NCBI GenBank assembly: GCA_024679065.1
Contig: JAGIQG010000015.1
Coordinates: 20,894,001-20,958,000, forward strand
Direction: 5' to 3'
Length of the DNA: 64,000 bases
Source: Sphyrna mokarran
Lineage: Eukaryota
The first letter of the stretch is position 1. Each line of letters begins with the position of its first letter. A model generated the notes under the pieces. It saw only the letters and a program-made list of their open reading frames with translations, was not told the DNA's origin and did not search any database. Shown here piece after piece: positions 1 through 13,633 of the stretch. The position numbers and the translations under genes are program-made.

Positions 1-845
1 TTATTATTGCAAACTATTTCCATATTCAAGCAAGTTTAAGACTAAATGCCAGTCACGTTTTAAGGAAAACTTTTTCCTCTAAGTAGTGCCCTTAAAGAGT
101 CTGAGACACTACACAAATTTGTTTGAAAGCTTAAATTTTAACCAGCCACGTGGTTAAGAGCTGCATTCCTGTCAGTTTTCTTGAGAAATGGATTAGTAGC
201 ATGTGTTCACATCTATGCGCTTAAAATTTTTAAATTTACTAGCAGCTTATAGATAGTAAAAAGGTGGAATTTAAAAACGCACTTTACCACTGAACATTTT
301 TTAATGAAAAACTGGCTAAACTGCCTTTCAGCCAATGCTGTACAGCAATGTCTACCACGACATGTCATATTAGAAAATCAAATTACTTTTTTCATCTATA
401 TAAATTTTTTAGTACCAAACTAGCTTAAAAAATAGCTTTTTACAAACTTCTTTCCATCATACTTTTATGCACCAAACACAGGCAAACATGAATTTGTATT
501 TCACTTGTTTGGGGAGGGTTTTTCATTACTACAATTGCTTTAACGATCATAACACAGAGCATCTTTTGCACTATGGCAAAGAAAGCCAAATAACAGATGA
601 CAACATCAATGTTAGGAACATAGCAGTTTCCTGGGTTAAAATCCTGGAATTCCCTTCCTAACAACACTGTTGGTGTTCTTACAACACGTGGACTGCAGTG
701 TTTCAAGAAGACAACTCACCACCATCTTCTCAAGGGCAATTAGGGTTAGGCAATGATTGCTGGTCTAGCCAGCGACGCCCAAATCAGATGAAAAAACAAA
801 ACGTTTCGTAAGGTTGAGGAATAATAAAAAAAAATTGTGGTTTAC

Positions 846-974
846 CTGTTTCTGTCGCTCCAGTTCAGCCTCCAGTTCCTTCTTGGTTCCCGTAAGAGTG
901 TTGATTTGTTCCTGTAGTTCTCGAATGTGTTCCCTGGATGATTCAGCCTCACCCAATTGCTGTGTCTCTGCATC
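846..974 (-). CDS. GOLGA5: GOLGA5 coding exon 7 (gene continues off the left edge)
   Basis: DAETQQLGEAESSREHIRELQEQINTLTGTKKELEAELERQKQ; ACAG|GAT and CAG|GTAAAC; 129 nt. Confidence 0.94.
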
Positions 975-1516
975 CTGTCATTGGAGTCAGGTGCATAATT
1001 TGAATCAGTCTGCAGAATTTCATTTTTAATATCTTCAGCATTAAATACTTCTTTAAATGAACTTAAAATAGGATCATAGACAGTAATCTTAAGGTGCGAT
1101 AAAGGTGAACAAATTAGGAAGATAAGATGCAGCACAACTATTTTTCTGTATTGTGCCAGTATTCTGTACTTAAAAACCACAAAACGTTTTGACAAAGATT
1201 GTGTCTTTTTTTAGAAACTTAATTCAATCAAAATTGCTTGAACCACTTTACTGAGGTTATGTGGTAATCAACACAATTGTGGTATCGACTTTTGAATAGA
1301 AAGTCATGACTCATTTTGGTAGGAAGAACATGGGAAATGACATAAGGGGTAATCCAAAAGCTGTGCAGAAGCAGAGGAACCTGGACTCATATTTGCATTA
1401 CTCATAAAAGTAGCAGGACAGACGGACAGAGTAGTTAATAAAGCATACAAGTATCCTAGGCTCTATTAACAGGAACATAGAGTATAAAATGAAGGGGTTA
1501 TACTGAACTGGTATAG

Positions 1517-2270
1517 GATCATAGAATCCCTACAGGCCTCATGAGGCCATTCTGTCATTGAGTTTGTACCAACTCTTAGAGTATCTTACCCTGTCCCACC
1601 ACATCCTGTAACCCCATACATTTAGAAGTCTCACAAAACCAGGTTAAAATCCAACAGGTTTATCTGGTAGCAAAACCCTCTAACTTTTGGAGCACTACTC
1701 CTTCGTCAGATAAGTGAGAGCATAAGCAGGGCATATAAAGACAAACTCAATTTACAAAATAATGGTCGGAATGTGAGTTTTTACACGTTATCAAGTCTTA
1801 AAAGGTACAGGCAATGTGAGTGGAGAGAGGATTAAGCAACGTGTGTTGTTTCCAACCAGGACAGTTGGTGAGATTTTGCAAGCCCAGGCAAGTCGTTGCA
1901 GATAGTGTGACATAAACCCAAGATCCTAGTTGAGGCTGTCCTCGTGTGTGCAGAACTTGACTAGCAGTCTTTGCTCAGTGATTCTGCGCTGTTGTGTGTC
2001 CTGAAGGCCACCTTGGAGAACGCTTACCCCACACATTTACCATGGCTAATTCATCTAATCTGGCACACCTTTCGACACCAAGTGGCAATTTAGCATGGCC
2101 AATCCACATTATCTGCACATTTTTGGACCGTGGGAGAAACTGGAGCACTCGGAAAAAACCCATGCAGACACAAAGACAATATGCCACACAGAACCACCCA
2201 AGGGTAAAATTGAACCTGGGTCCCTGGAGCTATAAGGCAGCAGTGCTATCCAAAGTGCCATTATACTGCC
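1517..2270 (-). mobile_element. tRNA/V-domain SINE (HE1-like), CR1-type tail, split by a Penelope insertion
   Basis: ATAGAATCCCTACA tail, V-core and tRNA head. Confidence 0.85.
1625..2025 (-). mobile_element. Penelope-like element 3' end (GIY-YIG C-terminus plus degenerate hammerhead) inserted into a SINE
   Basis: Minus-strand translation SVLQGGLQDTQQRRITEQRLLVKFCTHEDSLN*DLGFMSHYL; 14-bp TSD ACCCCAYACATTTA at 1611-1624 and 2026-2039; CTGACGAAGGAGTAGTGCTCCAAAAG core. Confidence 0.8.
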
Positions 2271-2552
2271 CAAACTAGTGCAATTACTCAATTTTAAGGT
2301 AATTTCATTTTAAAGCCTATGCTTAAAATAGGAATAGAACAGTGCATTAAATATTTCAAGTTAATTTTCACATTTCTATTTGTTAAATCATTGAATATTA
2401 CCCAAGATGGTGCACTGAAAACAGAACTTAATCTGACTTCAGATTAAGTTGTTCAATCTGTTTTTGTTATTGAAGGGTTTGAGCAATTGACCTTACCCCC
2501 CTCAATCAGTAAGCTGTACAAGTTTCATTTGTAATATAATGTTTCTCTTTTT

Positions 2553-2833
2553 ACAGTGGCGCAGTGTTTGAAATTGCTGCCTCAACACCAGAGACCCGGA
2601 TTCAATACCCACTTGGGTCACTATCTGTGTGGAGTTTGCACGTTCTCCCCATGTCTATGTTCTATGTCTGTTGGGTTTCCTCAGGTTTCCTCCCACAATT
2701 CAAAAGACATGCTGGTTTAGGTATAATGGCTATACTAGGTTCTTCCTAGTATAGGTGCCGGAATGTGGCAACTGGGGGATTTTTACAGTAACTACGTTAC
2801 AGTGTTAATGTAAGTGTATAAAATAAACTTTAA
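2553..2833 (+). mobile_element. tRNA/V-domain SINE, Rex-type tail
   Basis: A/B-box head, GGAGTTTGCACGTTCTCCCC core, GTGTTAATGTAAG tail. Confidence 0.85.
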
Positions 2834-3782
2834 CTGAAAATTTGGCTGCTGCACAATAATTGTTGTAGCAATTTATTAGTGGCCTAATGTCATACTACAG
2901 GTAATTTCTATATTGCAATACAATTCCACTCAACAATTTCATTTTATTGTATATCTGATAGAACTGTATACTGAATATTGCTTTATAGAGCAGCATTTTG
3001 ACACACAGCTGTTACAGCACCACCTACTGGCAAAGGTCAAGTACATCATGAACAGACTGATGACAGAAATGAGAGCTCTGTTTACACGATTTAGAAAGTC
3101 CTGGACTCGGAACATACAATCCCTAAAAAAACTGACAGGCACAACATCAACTAACCTATGTCTGTGTCCACAAATGTTGCACTACACATTAAAACAATCC
3201 CTGAAAAATCTATCTACTCATTCACTGACAAAGAGTGAACTTCCACTCAAACCTGAGAGTTTAAACTGCCTGCTCAAGGCCACAGCAAGAAGGCACGAAA
3301 AAGTTTCAGATCTGCCATTTGCTGATGAACTGTTGAATGCATCCACTGTTGCAGCCTGCTTGTCTTGAGGGAATGGATAATCAGCAGTTTCTTTCACTTA
3401 ATTCTCAATACGTGGGTCTTGCTGCAAAGATCAGCATTTATTGCTCCTGAGCTGATGATCACCTTCTCCATTAATCATCATGAAACGTAAAACACAACTG
3501 AATGACCCATCATAAAATCAACTATGTTGTGCTGGGACTGCAGTCATGTTATTAACTAGAGCAGGTTATGGACGGCAGTTGCCTACTAACGGAAATTCTT
3601 TTCTCAATCAGTCAGTAGGGTGGTCGGGTCTGTTATGACTGTTGTATTCCAACACTTTCCAGACTCTTTTGGTCAGGAGTGAATTTAATATCTTCCTGAA
3701 AACCGCATCATGAGGGCAAATGAGGATCAGCCACAATCATGCTGCATGGTGGACCAGGCTCAAAGAACCTACTCTGAGTATT

Positions 3783-4086
3783 CATAGAATTCTACAGCGC
3801 AGAAGGAGGCCATTCAGCCCAACACATTTGCACCAAAGACAACCCCATGCAGACCCTATTTCCATAACACCATTACCTATTACCTAGTTAGTCCCCCTGA
3901 CACTAAAACACAACTCAGCATAGCTAATCTAGCTAACCTGCACATCTTTGGACTGTGGGAGGAAACTGGAGCAACTGGAAGAAACCCATGGAGAACATGC
4001 AAACTCCACACATACAGTGACCTAACCCAGGAATTGAACTTGGGTCCGTGACACTGAGGCAGCAGTGCTAACAATTGTGCCATATA
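3783..4086 (-). mobile_element. HE1-like SINE, CR1-type tail
   Basis: Family match. Confidence 0.85.
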
Positions 4087-4417
4087 CTGTATTGAAATGC
4101 AGAAATTTTCTGCAATATAACACCATGCCATTAACAGACTGCTACAATTACATGAGGCAACCAAATGGGTATCCAAAGTGCCATTTTGATTTTCCTGCTG
4201 GGGCCACATGTTTTTTCAGACAAAATCCACGAATGACTAATCCCCATGCAATCGTGCTCCCTCACTACCTCCTACAAACATGACTCCCTCACAAACTACG
4301 TCCTAGTTGGTGGTCCAAACAGGTTTTTTTTTATTGCCAGCTCGGGCAGTCACTGAACACAACGTGGAATGTTCTTTGAATGAACTTTACAGCTGTTGGT
4401 AGTAGGTGAGTGATTAC

Positions 4418-4588
4418 CTGTAATTCCGCTCTCAGTTGTTGGATGTGACCCAACAGTTTTTGAACTTCGTCACGTTGCATGTCACGCTCGTGCCGCAGTT
4501 CCTCCATCTCCATAGTGGTGACAGCGTGACTTTCTAAGCCTTCAATTCCAGAACCCTCTTTCAGGCTGTTAATCAGCTTTTCCTTGGA
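4418..4588 (-). CDS. GOLGA5: GOLGA5 coding exon 6
   Basis: SKEKLINSLKEGSGIEGLESH...MEELRHERDMQRDEVQKLLGHIQQLRAELQ; CACAG|TCC and CAG|GTAATC; 171 nt. Confidence 0.95.
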
Positions 4589-4637
4589 CTGTGGAAAAGA
4601 TCTGCATTAATACTTCATCATAACAATGTTGCTTTAG

Positions 4638-5075
4638 ACCATAAGAAATAAGAACAGGAGTAGACCTTTCAGCCCTTCGAACTTGCCCCACCATTTAGTA
4701 AGATCATGGCTCATGTAATACTTACTAACTCTACTTTCTTGCTACTCCATAACTCTTAATTCCCCTACTGATTTAAAGATCTATCAACCCTCAGCCTTGA
4801 AAATGATCAAGGACTCAGTCACCACAGCTTTCCAGAGTAAAGAATCCCAAAGATTCACCACTGCTAGAGGGGAAATTCTCTCTCAAAATCATTTTAACTG
4901 AGCATCCCCTTATTCTGCGACTACACACCTGATCCTACACTCTTCCATGAGCAAAAACATCCCTCCCAGATTGTCTAACCCCATAAGAATCTAGTATGTT
5001 TCAATCATATGATCTCTCATTCTCCTGAATCCCAAGAAATACAGACCCAATCGGTCCAGTCTTTCCTCAGATGAC
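4638..5075 (-). mobile_element. CR1 LINE 3' fragment
   Basis: CATAAGAAATAAGAACAGGAGTAGACC...TCAGCCC tail followed by decayed ORF2-end sequence. Confidence 0.7.
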
Positions 5076-5250
5076 AGATTATTTTAGAATAATTACTGAG
5101 AAAAACATGCATGTATATCAATCCCATATATGTATATAAAATCACCAGCACCTCCTAAATTCACTTCAAAACACATTCATTACTTCAAATAGGAAGCACA
5201 CTGTTTAAGTTTTACAGCATCATCACTCTTTGACAGAAGTTCTACTCAAA

Positions 5251-5553
5251 TGACGGCACAGCGGTTAGCACTGTTGCCTTATAGTACCAGGGACCTGTGT
5301 TCAATTCCCAGTTGACGTCGTGGACTGTGTGGAGTCTGCATGGTCTCCCATGTCCCTGAGTTTCCTCTGGGTGCTCCAATTTCCACCCACAATCTGAAAA
5401 ATGTGCTGGTTAGGAGCACTGGCCATGCTAAATTCTCCCTCAGTGTACCTGAACACTGACGCGCCAGAGTGTGGCAACTAGGGGATTTTCAGAGTAACTT
5501 AATTGCAGGGTTAATGTAAGCCTACTTGTGACACTAATAAGTAAACTTTAAAA
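5251..5553 (+). mobile_element. V-domain SINE, Rex-type tail
   Basis: Family match. Confidence 0.85.
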
Positions 5554-6268
5554 AAGTAGATCATTAGATTAGTGCTCATATCAAAGGCAATATGTTTTTA
5601 TATTAAAAATTAAATAATCTCTCCAAAAAGTTAAAATGATTGGGGTGACACATCATACTTTTGTCTCTAACGTACACTTTTATCTTCCATTTATCAAGAT
5701 AAAATTCTGCAAAGCAACAGACAATGAACAAAATCCTTTTTTAAAAAAAGTAATTCACTTTCAAGTGTATTCATGAAATTCAAATAGCATTTGATTTTCA
5801 AGCACAATATATTGTCCTACACATAGCTGGGCACTAATCAAAGCATCAAAGTCTCAGCCTAAAGGACAGCAGGCAGCTTAACACTGCCCTCTGACTGCAG
5901 CTAACTCAAACTCAACTTTCCTGCTTTTTACTATGGTTGATGTTGAATAAGAATCCAACCTAAAAGCTGTAATCTCAGCCCGAATGAAACATTTTGCAAA
6001 CATTCTGCAATGGCTTTGGTGAAAATACTTCTTCCCATTCTCCCACTGACCTTTCGTATAATTTCAAATTAATGCCCCATTGTTAATGTTTCCCTGTTCA
6101 CAGAACCTGAGTGCTTTCAGAACATGATCGAGACCAGGAATCCTTTGCAGAGCCTAGAATTTAAAATTCAAACTGGTGTCTTGGGATCGTGCTTAAATAA
6201 AAATTAAACATAAATAATTCTACAGTACTCTAAAGACAAATGGAAAGGTGTTCAATATTTCTCCTCAC

Positions 6269-6472
6269 CTGAAGAATTCTGGTAGCCTTCTGTTTGTAAT
6301 CCATTAATTCCTGTTTAGCTAAATCCAAACTGGTCTTAACAACCTTTAGCTGTTGTTGCTGATCATCTGCCCTCTTCTTCTCTTCAATCGCTTTTTTCTC
6401 CGATGCCGTGAGGGTTTCTGCCAGACTTTGGCGTTCAAATTCAACTTTACTGAGTCTGGCTGCAAATTCATT
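6269..6472 (-). CDS. GOLGA5: GOLGA5 coding exon 5
   Basis: Manual translation NEFAARLSKVEFERQSLAE...KQELMDYKQKATRILQ; TTCAG|AAT acceptor, CAG|GTGAGG donor; 204 nt (not in the ORF track). Confidence 0.95.
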
Positions 6473-6517
6473 CTGAACAAAAGATACAGAAGAGGCGTTT
6501 CAGATCATCTCAAAATC

Positions 6518-6797
6518 CTTACAGTGCATTTGGAGGTCATTCAGCCCACAGAGCCTGTACCGACAACAATCCCACTCAAGCCCTATTTATGTAATCCCAT
6601 ATATTTACCCTGCTAGTCTGCCTGATACCAAGGGGCAATTTAGCATGGCCAATCAACCTAACCACATATCTTTGGAATGTGGGAGAAACCACGCAGACAC
6701 AGGGAGTATGTGCAAACTCCACAATGATCAGGAGCCGGAATTGAACCGGCCCCTGGTGCAGTGCGACAGCAGTGCTAACCATTGTGCTACCATGCCA
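6518..6797 (-). mobile_element. HE1-like SINE, CR1-type tail
   Basis: Family match. Confidence 0.85.
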
Positions 6798-8704
6798 TCC
6801 TATCAGGAAATATTGGGTAAATTTTAACCATTTTCATGGTTCATGTACGAGCATAAAACATTGTTAAATAATGTCTGGGAATACAATAAAATTACATAAC
6901 ACATGCCTGCAAAAAAAAAAATACATTAAATATCTAATTACTGCAGCTTCTCAACCTCAGATATTCACAGAAAAAGTAGCTTTGTACCAATTTGCTATTC
7001 ATTGTCCAGGATCACTCAGGAACGACAGCCCTTTAGACATGGTACAGGAGAGAATCCATATCCAGAGTGGAAAAAATTGATAAATACAAAAAAGATCAAC
7101 ATTAACTTCATCACTGGAGCTTAGTTTGTTGGTTGAGAAGACAGGGGAGCACAGACAAGTTGAAGCTAAAGTGAAGTACTGGCATTCTGTGACTACCCTT
7201 GGAAATTCAATACATGTGCAGGCCTCCAGAAAATCAGTGATTATCATCAGTAAACTAATTGTTTCTGAAGTTAAACAAGTACTGGGACAGATAAATTTTC
7301 CACAAAAATATTCACGAGTTATAGTATTTTTCTTAATTCAGATGCTAATGATATTCATTTCCAGGAATAGGAGCAAGAATAGACAATGCAGCCCATCAAG
7401 CCTGCTCCACCATTCACTGTGATCATGGCTAATCGTGGGCTTCAATCCAGGTTGCCACCCACTCCTCACATTCCTCAATTACCTGAAATACCAAACTGGA
7501 GATAGCTAGGCTCCAGCACTGACCCTTGCAGCACTCCACTAGTCACAGCCTGCCAAGTCAAAAATGCCCCATTTATGGCCACTCTGCTTCCTATTAACAA
7601 ATCTGCTTTCCACGCTAATCTATTAGCCTCCCCACTTCCCTTCTCTTGCCATTAATCCTTAGTAACATCTTATTAAATACATGTCGGAAGTGTGTTTACC
7701 CAATCAACTGTAGCCAATTTTCCCTTCATGTCTACGTAATAAAGCCTTAGTTAAATTCAGGATTTGTTTCTGACTGGTCTACATCACTTTCCAACTTAAT
7801 ACAGAATTCAATAGTATTATGGTCACTATTCCCCAGAGGATCTTTTATTGAGGCATTACTATTTAATCCTGTCTCATTACATAATAGGGTAAGAGTCATT
7901 TGGGACTTGATAGGCCAAATGGCCCATTTCTGCAGGCTAGAGATTCTAAGTGATTCTAAGTTCTAAGAATAATCGATCTAAGATCACTTTATCCCAAGTT
8001 AGTTCCACAATTTATTGCTTCAGGAAGCTGTCACTGTTGATTATTAATTCTGGTGAGTTATTAGTGCCTTTGGAAAAGGAATTTAAGTGTTTCTTTTACA
8101 TTTTCCTCCTTATTCTATTATACAATGATAATATAGAGCTTAAATCCACATAGGTCAGGTCAAATCGCTAAGAGGAAAAATGGAAAGGCAACTGATGACA
8201 GTCATATATTTTCACCATTATATGCTTTGCAACCTGTCAATATTCCCACTCAATTTATTCTGCACTTACAGCACCTAGAATATATGCATTTGCAAAAGAA
8301 AAAGCATTCTGAATGACAAATTGCCAAACCCCTTCTTGCACGTTTCTGCTTTTTGCAACGAGAAACAAGGTAGAGAGCAGAGATAGGAGTTAAACAGCAC
8401 AAGGATAACCAACTTCCCAAAACTGAGATGTCAAGTTCTGACTTCTAAAGTTTCTAGCTTTAGATGTTTATAAAACAATGATGCAGGCAAGGCTGGTGTG
8501 TATAGTTTTTAATGTGAATCTAGGTCTGTTTCGAGCTTTGAATAGCATCATATGGCAAACCAACTTCAAAATACATGTGCTAGTTTGATGCAAATTATAA
8601 TCTCTAGAACAAACAAGAAAAACACAGCATGCTAGACATTCAAATAACATTATCTCTGTTGTTCAGCTGCCATGACTTAGATTATTTTCCTCCTCCAAAC
8701 AAAC

Positions 8705-8828
8705 CTGCATTTGGTTGTAACTATCTTGTTCTCGTTTAAGTGATGATTCTGCTTCCAGGAGCCTTTCTTGCATTGTCTGTAAGGCTTGATTGTGCAAACT
8801 GCTCCCTTCACTATGATCCTGCAGTATT
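8705..8828 (-). CDS. GOLGA5: GOLGA5 coding exon 4
   Basis: RILQDHSEGSSLHNQALQTMQERLLEAESSLKREQDSYNQMQ; GT-AG boundaries; 124 nt. Confidence 0.95.
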
Positions 8829-9788
8829 CTTCCAAAACAAAAACACAAAATTAGCTTTAGAATTTACAGATGTAACATGTAACAACCACAGAATATCTCA
8901 AAGGAAAAGAAAAAGGAAAGAAACCAATTTATTTACTGATATCTCATCATTTCCCACACTAGTGGGCCAGCTATCACCCCCACTCGCCACATCCCTCTCC
9001 AAAATGTATGCTTCACTTGTGAACAAAGCCCTTGCTACCCATTTGTCTACTGTAGATGATCACATTGACACCGGCATTGACAGCAATGGAAGTAGAAACC
9101 AGAACAAGAAAATTAGTATAACAGATGTATTAGAGAATAAAACATTTTCTTTAAGCTTTAAAGCTTGATTAAGAAAGTAACAACAGAAAGAAGAGAGTTT
9201 AAGTTTAATGTAAAATTATGCTTTGGGGTTCTGTTTAGTTGGTTCAGGGTCAATATTACAATGATAAAGATATTTCTTATGATTGAGTTTATTAGGTTTT
9301 GTATTATACCACACACATACCCAAAGAGGTTCCCTTGACATGCTGCAACTGATGAAAACTAGGTGATCATCCCCTTTTTTATTATGCTGTATAAAAAAAG
9401 CTTCTGTGATATCTGACAGCTTTTTTTTTAAACATTTATTTTGCTCAAGTTATCAGCAGCAGATAACATAATGATTCTCTGACATGCAATTTATTTCAAG
9501 TAATCCTGAACCAGATAGTCAGTCAAAAACAGATGGCAATTTCCCATTGTAAGGTGACACTGCCCCAACCTTTAAAGAACATTCTATGATATACTAATAC
9601 ACTGCATTTTGTCACTGAGATTCGATCAGTTTATAACAACTGTCCTGGCTGGATTTGAAACCAAAACCTCGTCGAAAGAACCAGCGTTCATATTCTTTGT
9701 GCATCCAGTCCCTCCTACAAGCTATGTGTTAGATTGGAAATTCAGACATCAATTAAAAAATGTACACGCCAATAAATTAACTTAAAAC

Positions 9789-10008
9789 CTGTTTCTTTCA
9801 CTCTGCAATAATTCCAGTGCTTCGTTACGTGTCTTCAGAAGCTGATCTGCCTCTTCCAGTCTCACTTTTAGCACAGCCAGCTGAGAATCCTTAGCACTCA
9901 GCACCTCGTTCAGATCATCCACCTGGGAACGCAGCTCCCTCCCTATCCTGTCAGACTTCGAGTTGTCGTTATTCCATTTCTCAATCTGCTTCCTGGCTTT
10001 ATTTAATT
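9789..10008 (-). CDS. GOLGA5: GOLGA5 coding exon 3
   Basis: ELNKARKQIEKWN...AKDSQLAVLKVRLEEADQLL coiled coil; CCAAG|AA acceptor, CAG|GTTTTA donor; 220 nt, in frame with neighbours. Confidence 0.95.
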
Positions 10009-10119
10009 CTTGGAAACAAACATATTTAAAAAGAAACAATTAGACCAAAATATAGATGAAGGAAGCCATTTGTACTTTTCTAACCAAACAAACATACATT
10101 AACCAAATATACAAAGAGT

Positions 10120-10680
10120 AAAGGAATGTATAGGACAGGAAAAGATGCTTCAGACCTGCAAGCCTGTGCCAATCATAAAGTCCTAAGTAAAGAAAAAGAC
10201 TTTCTGCCCTTAGTTGTCCCTCTATTTCCTCCCTATTTATGTACCTATCCAGGTGTGCCTGCTTCCATCACTTCCTCTGGCACCGTGTTCCAGGCATCCA
10301 TCACTCTCCACATGAGCAACTTCTCCTACACATCTCTCAAACTTTCCCCTCTCACCTTGAACCTGTACCCTCTTGTAATTGACACTTCCACCCTTGGAAT
10401 AAGCCTAATTATCCACCCTGTCTGTGCCTCTCATTAGACCTCCATCAGGTTTCCTCTCAAGCCTCCATCTTTCCAGTGAAAACAATTCCACTTAATTTAA
10501 CCTCTCCTCAAAGCCAACACCCTCAAGACCAGGCAACATCCTGGTAACCTTCTTTGCCTTTTCTCCAAAGTTTCAAAATCCTTCTGCTAGTGTGGTGACC
10601 AAAAGTATATGCAATACTCCAAATGCAATCCAACCAAGGTTTTATATAGCTGCAACAGGATTCCTCAACTCTGGTACTCA
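10120..10680 (-). mobile_element. CR1 LINE 3' fragment
   Basis: Typical antisense CR1 pattern CCCTCTCACCTTGAACCT...CAGGCAACATCCTGGTAA...GCAATACTCCAAATG. Confidence 0.8.
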
Positions 10681-11126
10681 ATAAATACACATTGAATTCA
10701 ATCAGGGGTTATACCTCTACCATTGTATAGAGAGGGACTTTCCAAGTCTTCATCAATTTTTGTGTGAACAAATGAGAGAAGACGTGACTAACTGTTCTTT
10801 CATCAGTTTCAACCGATGCCCTTTTAGTGTCCTGATTTACATTAAAGTAGTGCTCCCTGGTTTTCTGTTTATATCATTTAAAGTATTTAACACCTCTATA
10901 AAAGGTCTTCCCTCAGTCATCGTCTTTCAAATCTAACAACTGTCAGTTTTTCCTGTTAGACAGGAAAATCTGCAGCAGGACAGTGAAGGAGAGGGAGTGA
11001 GGAAAAGCAAAATCAGGGGATAGAGGGGATCACAGACATTGCAAAGGAAATCATGAGGGGAACGTGGTCTGTAAAGATATTTTCTTATTAGAACTGAGCA
11101 GCCTAAAGTTATGATTCCAGCCATAC

Positions 11127-11348
11127 CTTCTTGTGTTTGTTTTGATCTCTCAATCAATGAAGCCATTTCTTGATTCAAGGAGGAGACCTCACTCCGCAAC
11201 AACTGATTCTCAAGCCGAAGGTTTGATAACTCTAATGACTGACTGTCATCTTTAGCCGAAAAACTCAAGCCAGCTGAATTAGTTAGTGTTTGCTCTTTTG
11301 CAGGCTCCACTTGGTCATCTTGACTAACATTTGAGATTTCTGAGACAT
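11127..11348 (-). CDS. GOLGA5: GOLGA5 coding exon 2
   Basis: ...ELSNLRLENQLLRSEVSSLNQEMASLIERSKQTQE; ACAG|AT acceptor and AAG|GTATGG donor; 222 nt keeps phase 1. Confidence 0.95.
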
Positions 11349-13356
11349 CTGTATATATTAAAAACAAGAATTGGTAAAAATAAAAACCAAGTATGAACAT
11401 TTATTTTACGTTTTACAATTAGTGTGATTTCCATATATATTGTAGATGACCTCTACAATATCAGTGTATTTCAAAATTTGTTTCACTGGCAGTTCAGTAA
11501 CCTACTGTAGTGCAAACCCAGATCTGAACAATATGCAAAACGTTTCAGGGTTAAAATTTGCAAGACAGTTGCTGAACAGCCTTGTGCAATGGGACTGTGG
11601 ATCAGTAACTGGGGTGTTTAGGGCAAGATGGGGGTTTCACAGCTGACTAGCAGCATTCTCAATTTTCTGATTATTTTAGGAATAGGACAAAGTAAGCCCA
11701 CAATCAATCTGCAGTGCTGATCACTCATATCCTATTCTGCAATCTGTGTTCCCAACTCTAAGGCACCATGGTGGGAACAAAATTGTGTAAAAATTTGCTC
11801 ATCTGCAACTTTCAATTTGGGGAAATAAAAAGTGTAACAGGCAAGTTTGAAATGCATCCCACCAGCCAAGTATACATGCTTACTTTGACCCACCAGGATC
11901 CAGGATAAAATCAAAAGAAATAATTTTCTTCTATAGTGCCAATATTTCATTATGACAAAGAGTCATTCAGACTTAAAGTGTTAGCTCTCTTCTCTCCCCA
12001 TAGATGCTGAGATTTTTCAGCATTTTATTTCATTATACTGTGTACATAATCAAATTTTGCAATACTTTAATTGTTCGGTTCTACTTCGAAACTTCAGACC
12101 AAAAGCCAGTTACTTCTGTCTTTAAAAAATATATCAAACTCTGTCCATTTTGGCTGCCATTCTGAATCCACACTATTTTCTCTTATTCCCTTTAATTTCT
12201 TGTGATCTTTACCGAGCATCTGTCTCCTATCCCCCGCCCCATTAAACTCCACTTACTGATAGTGAAACATGCTACATTTCAGTTCCTACTAATTCATCCC
12301 CCCTCCAATTCCTGTTCAAACCCTGCATTACTCCTTTATTTTCCTGTTGCCTTGCCATCATCTTCAGCTTTAATCTGCCTTGAAGGGCCCACAGCTATCC
12401 CCAATAGCTCTTTCAGCGTTCTGCAACTGGACAGCTGTGACACTTGGTCACTGGCTCCACATAAGCAACAACTCCATTTGTTTTTCTACCTGCTTCTCTT
12501 GCTGATCTTCCCACCTCACTTATCTACTGGTAGCAAATCTCATCTCCTTTCCATTCCATTCCATTCACCTCAAGCCAGCACGAAACAAGGTCCTTTCCAT
12601 CACAGCGGCTGCAATGACATTGCGGCTTTCACCAAAATTATGTTCATGGGTAGCAACAACTTGCTCTTTACTTAATTTTCCCTTCCTAACTATATCTCCA
12701 GCACACTTGCCCCCACCCCATGTCAACCTGACTGAGACACTGGCCCTCACTGCCAATTTTAAAATTATTCAATGAAGAAACTGTGATTGGGTTTATGGGA
12801 TTTAGATTAGACAATAGTTACTCCATGGATGGGATTGCTTTTAAGATGCTGAACATGGGACAAAGACAAATGAAGTACATATCAAGGGTCTCTACAGGTG
12901 ACCAAAACACACAATTTCCTGGCAATAATTTGGGAATTAGTTTTTGATAACATTGCATGTACAGATTGAGACCAACTTTCTGTTAACTGAAAGAGATATA
13001 TAATTCATAAATGGTTTAATAGAAGCTACCACAGAGATTATAAATAACAAACTTTCAAAATGAAATCAAGCAATCCTATAGCCAGACAGCCATCTGTTTT
13101 CAACTTCACTGAGAAAATTATAGCACTACTGCCTTCAAAAGAAATATTTACAGTGTAAAATGATCCTGTTCTCATCCCTAATGGCTTGATAAGGGAGTAG
13201 CCCAAAGTTAATGTTTTTTTCCCATCTTCAGCTTCAAATATTTGTCTAATTTTCCCTTAAAAGTTTCAAAATGTCTCAACTATTCTTCTGAGCAAGCCAT
13301 TATACTCAGCTAACTTCAAATCAGAAAAGTCTCAGCAGCAGAAATTATACAATGGA

Positions 13357-13633
13357 CAGGGAACCCGGGTTCAATTTTGGCATCAGGTCACTGGCTGTGT
13401 GAAAGGTTCACATTCTCCGTATCTGCGTGGGGTTTCGTCCATGTGCTCCGGTTTTCACCCACAGTTTAAGGATGTGCAGGTAAGATGGATTGGCCATGTT
13501 AAATTGTCCCTTAGTGTGAGGCGGGCTAACAGGGTAAATCTTTGAGCTACAGGAATAGCACCGGGGATGGGATTGTGGTTGGCATAGACTTGATGGGCTG
13601 AATGGCCTTCTTCAGCACTATACGGATTCTATG
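13357..13633 (+). mobile_element. HE1-like SINE, CR1-type tail
   Basis: Ends GATGGGCTGAATGGCC...GATTCTATGA. Confidence 0.85.

Noticed and set aside
1975-2291. Recurring short ORFs with motifs like SHSPKMC, VCTFS and GHAKLPL throughout the window
   Set aside because: These are translations of SINE copies, not a gene family.
2913-3368. 151-aa plus-strand ORF in a GOLGA5 intron with a PFADE motif
   Set aside because: Non-ATG start and only a faint resemblance to an RTE-type RT fragment; too weak to call.
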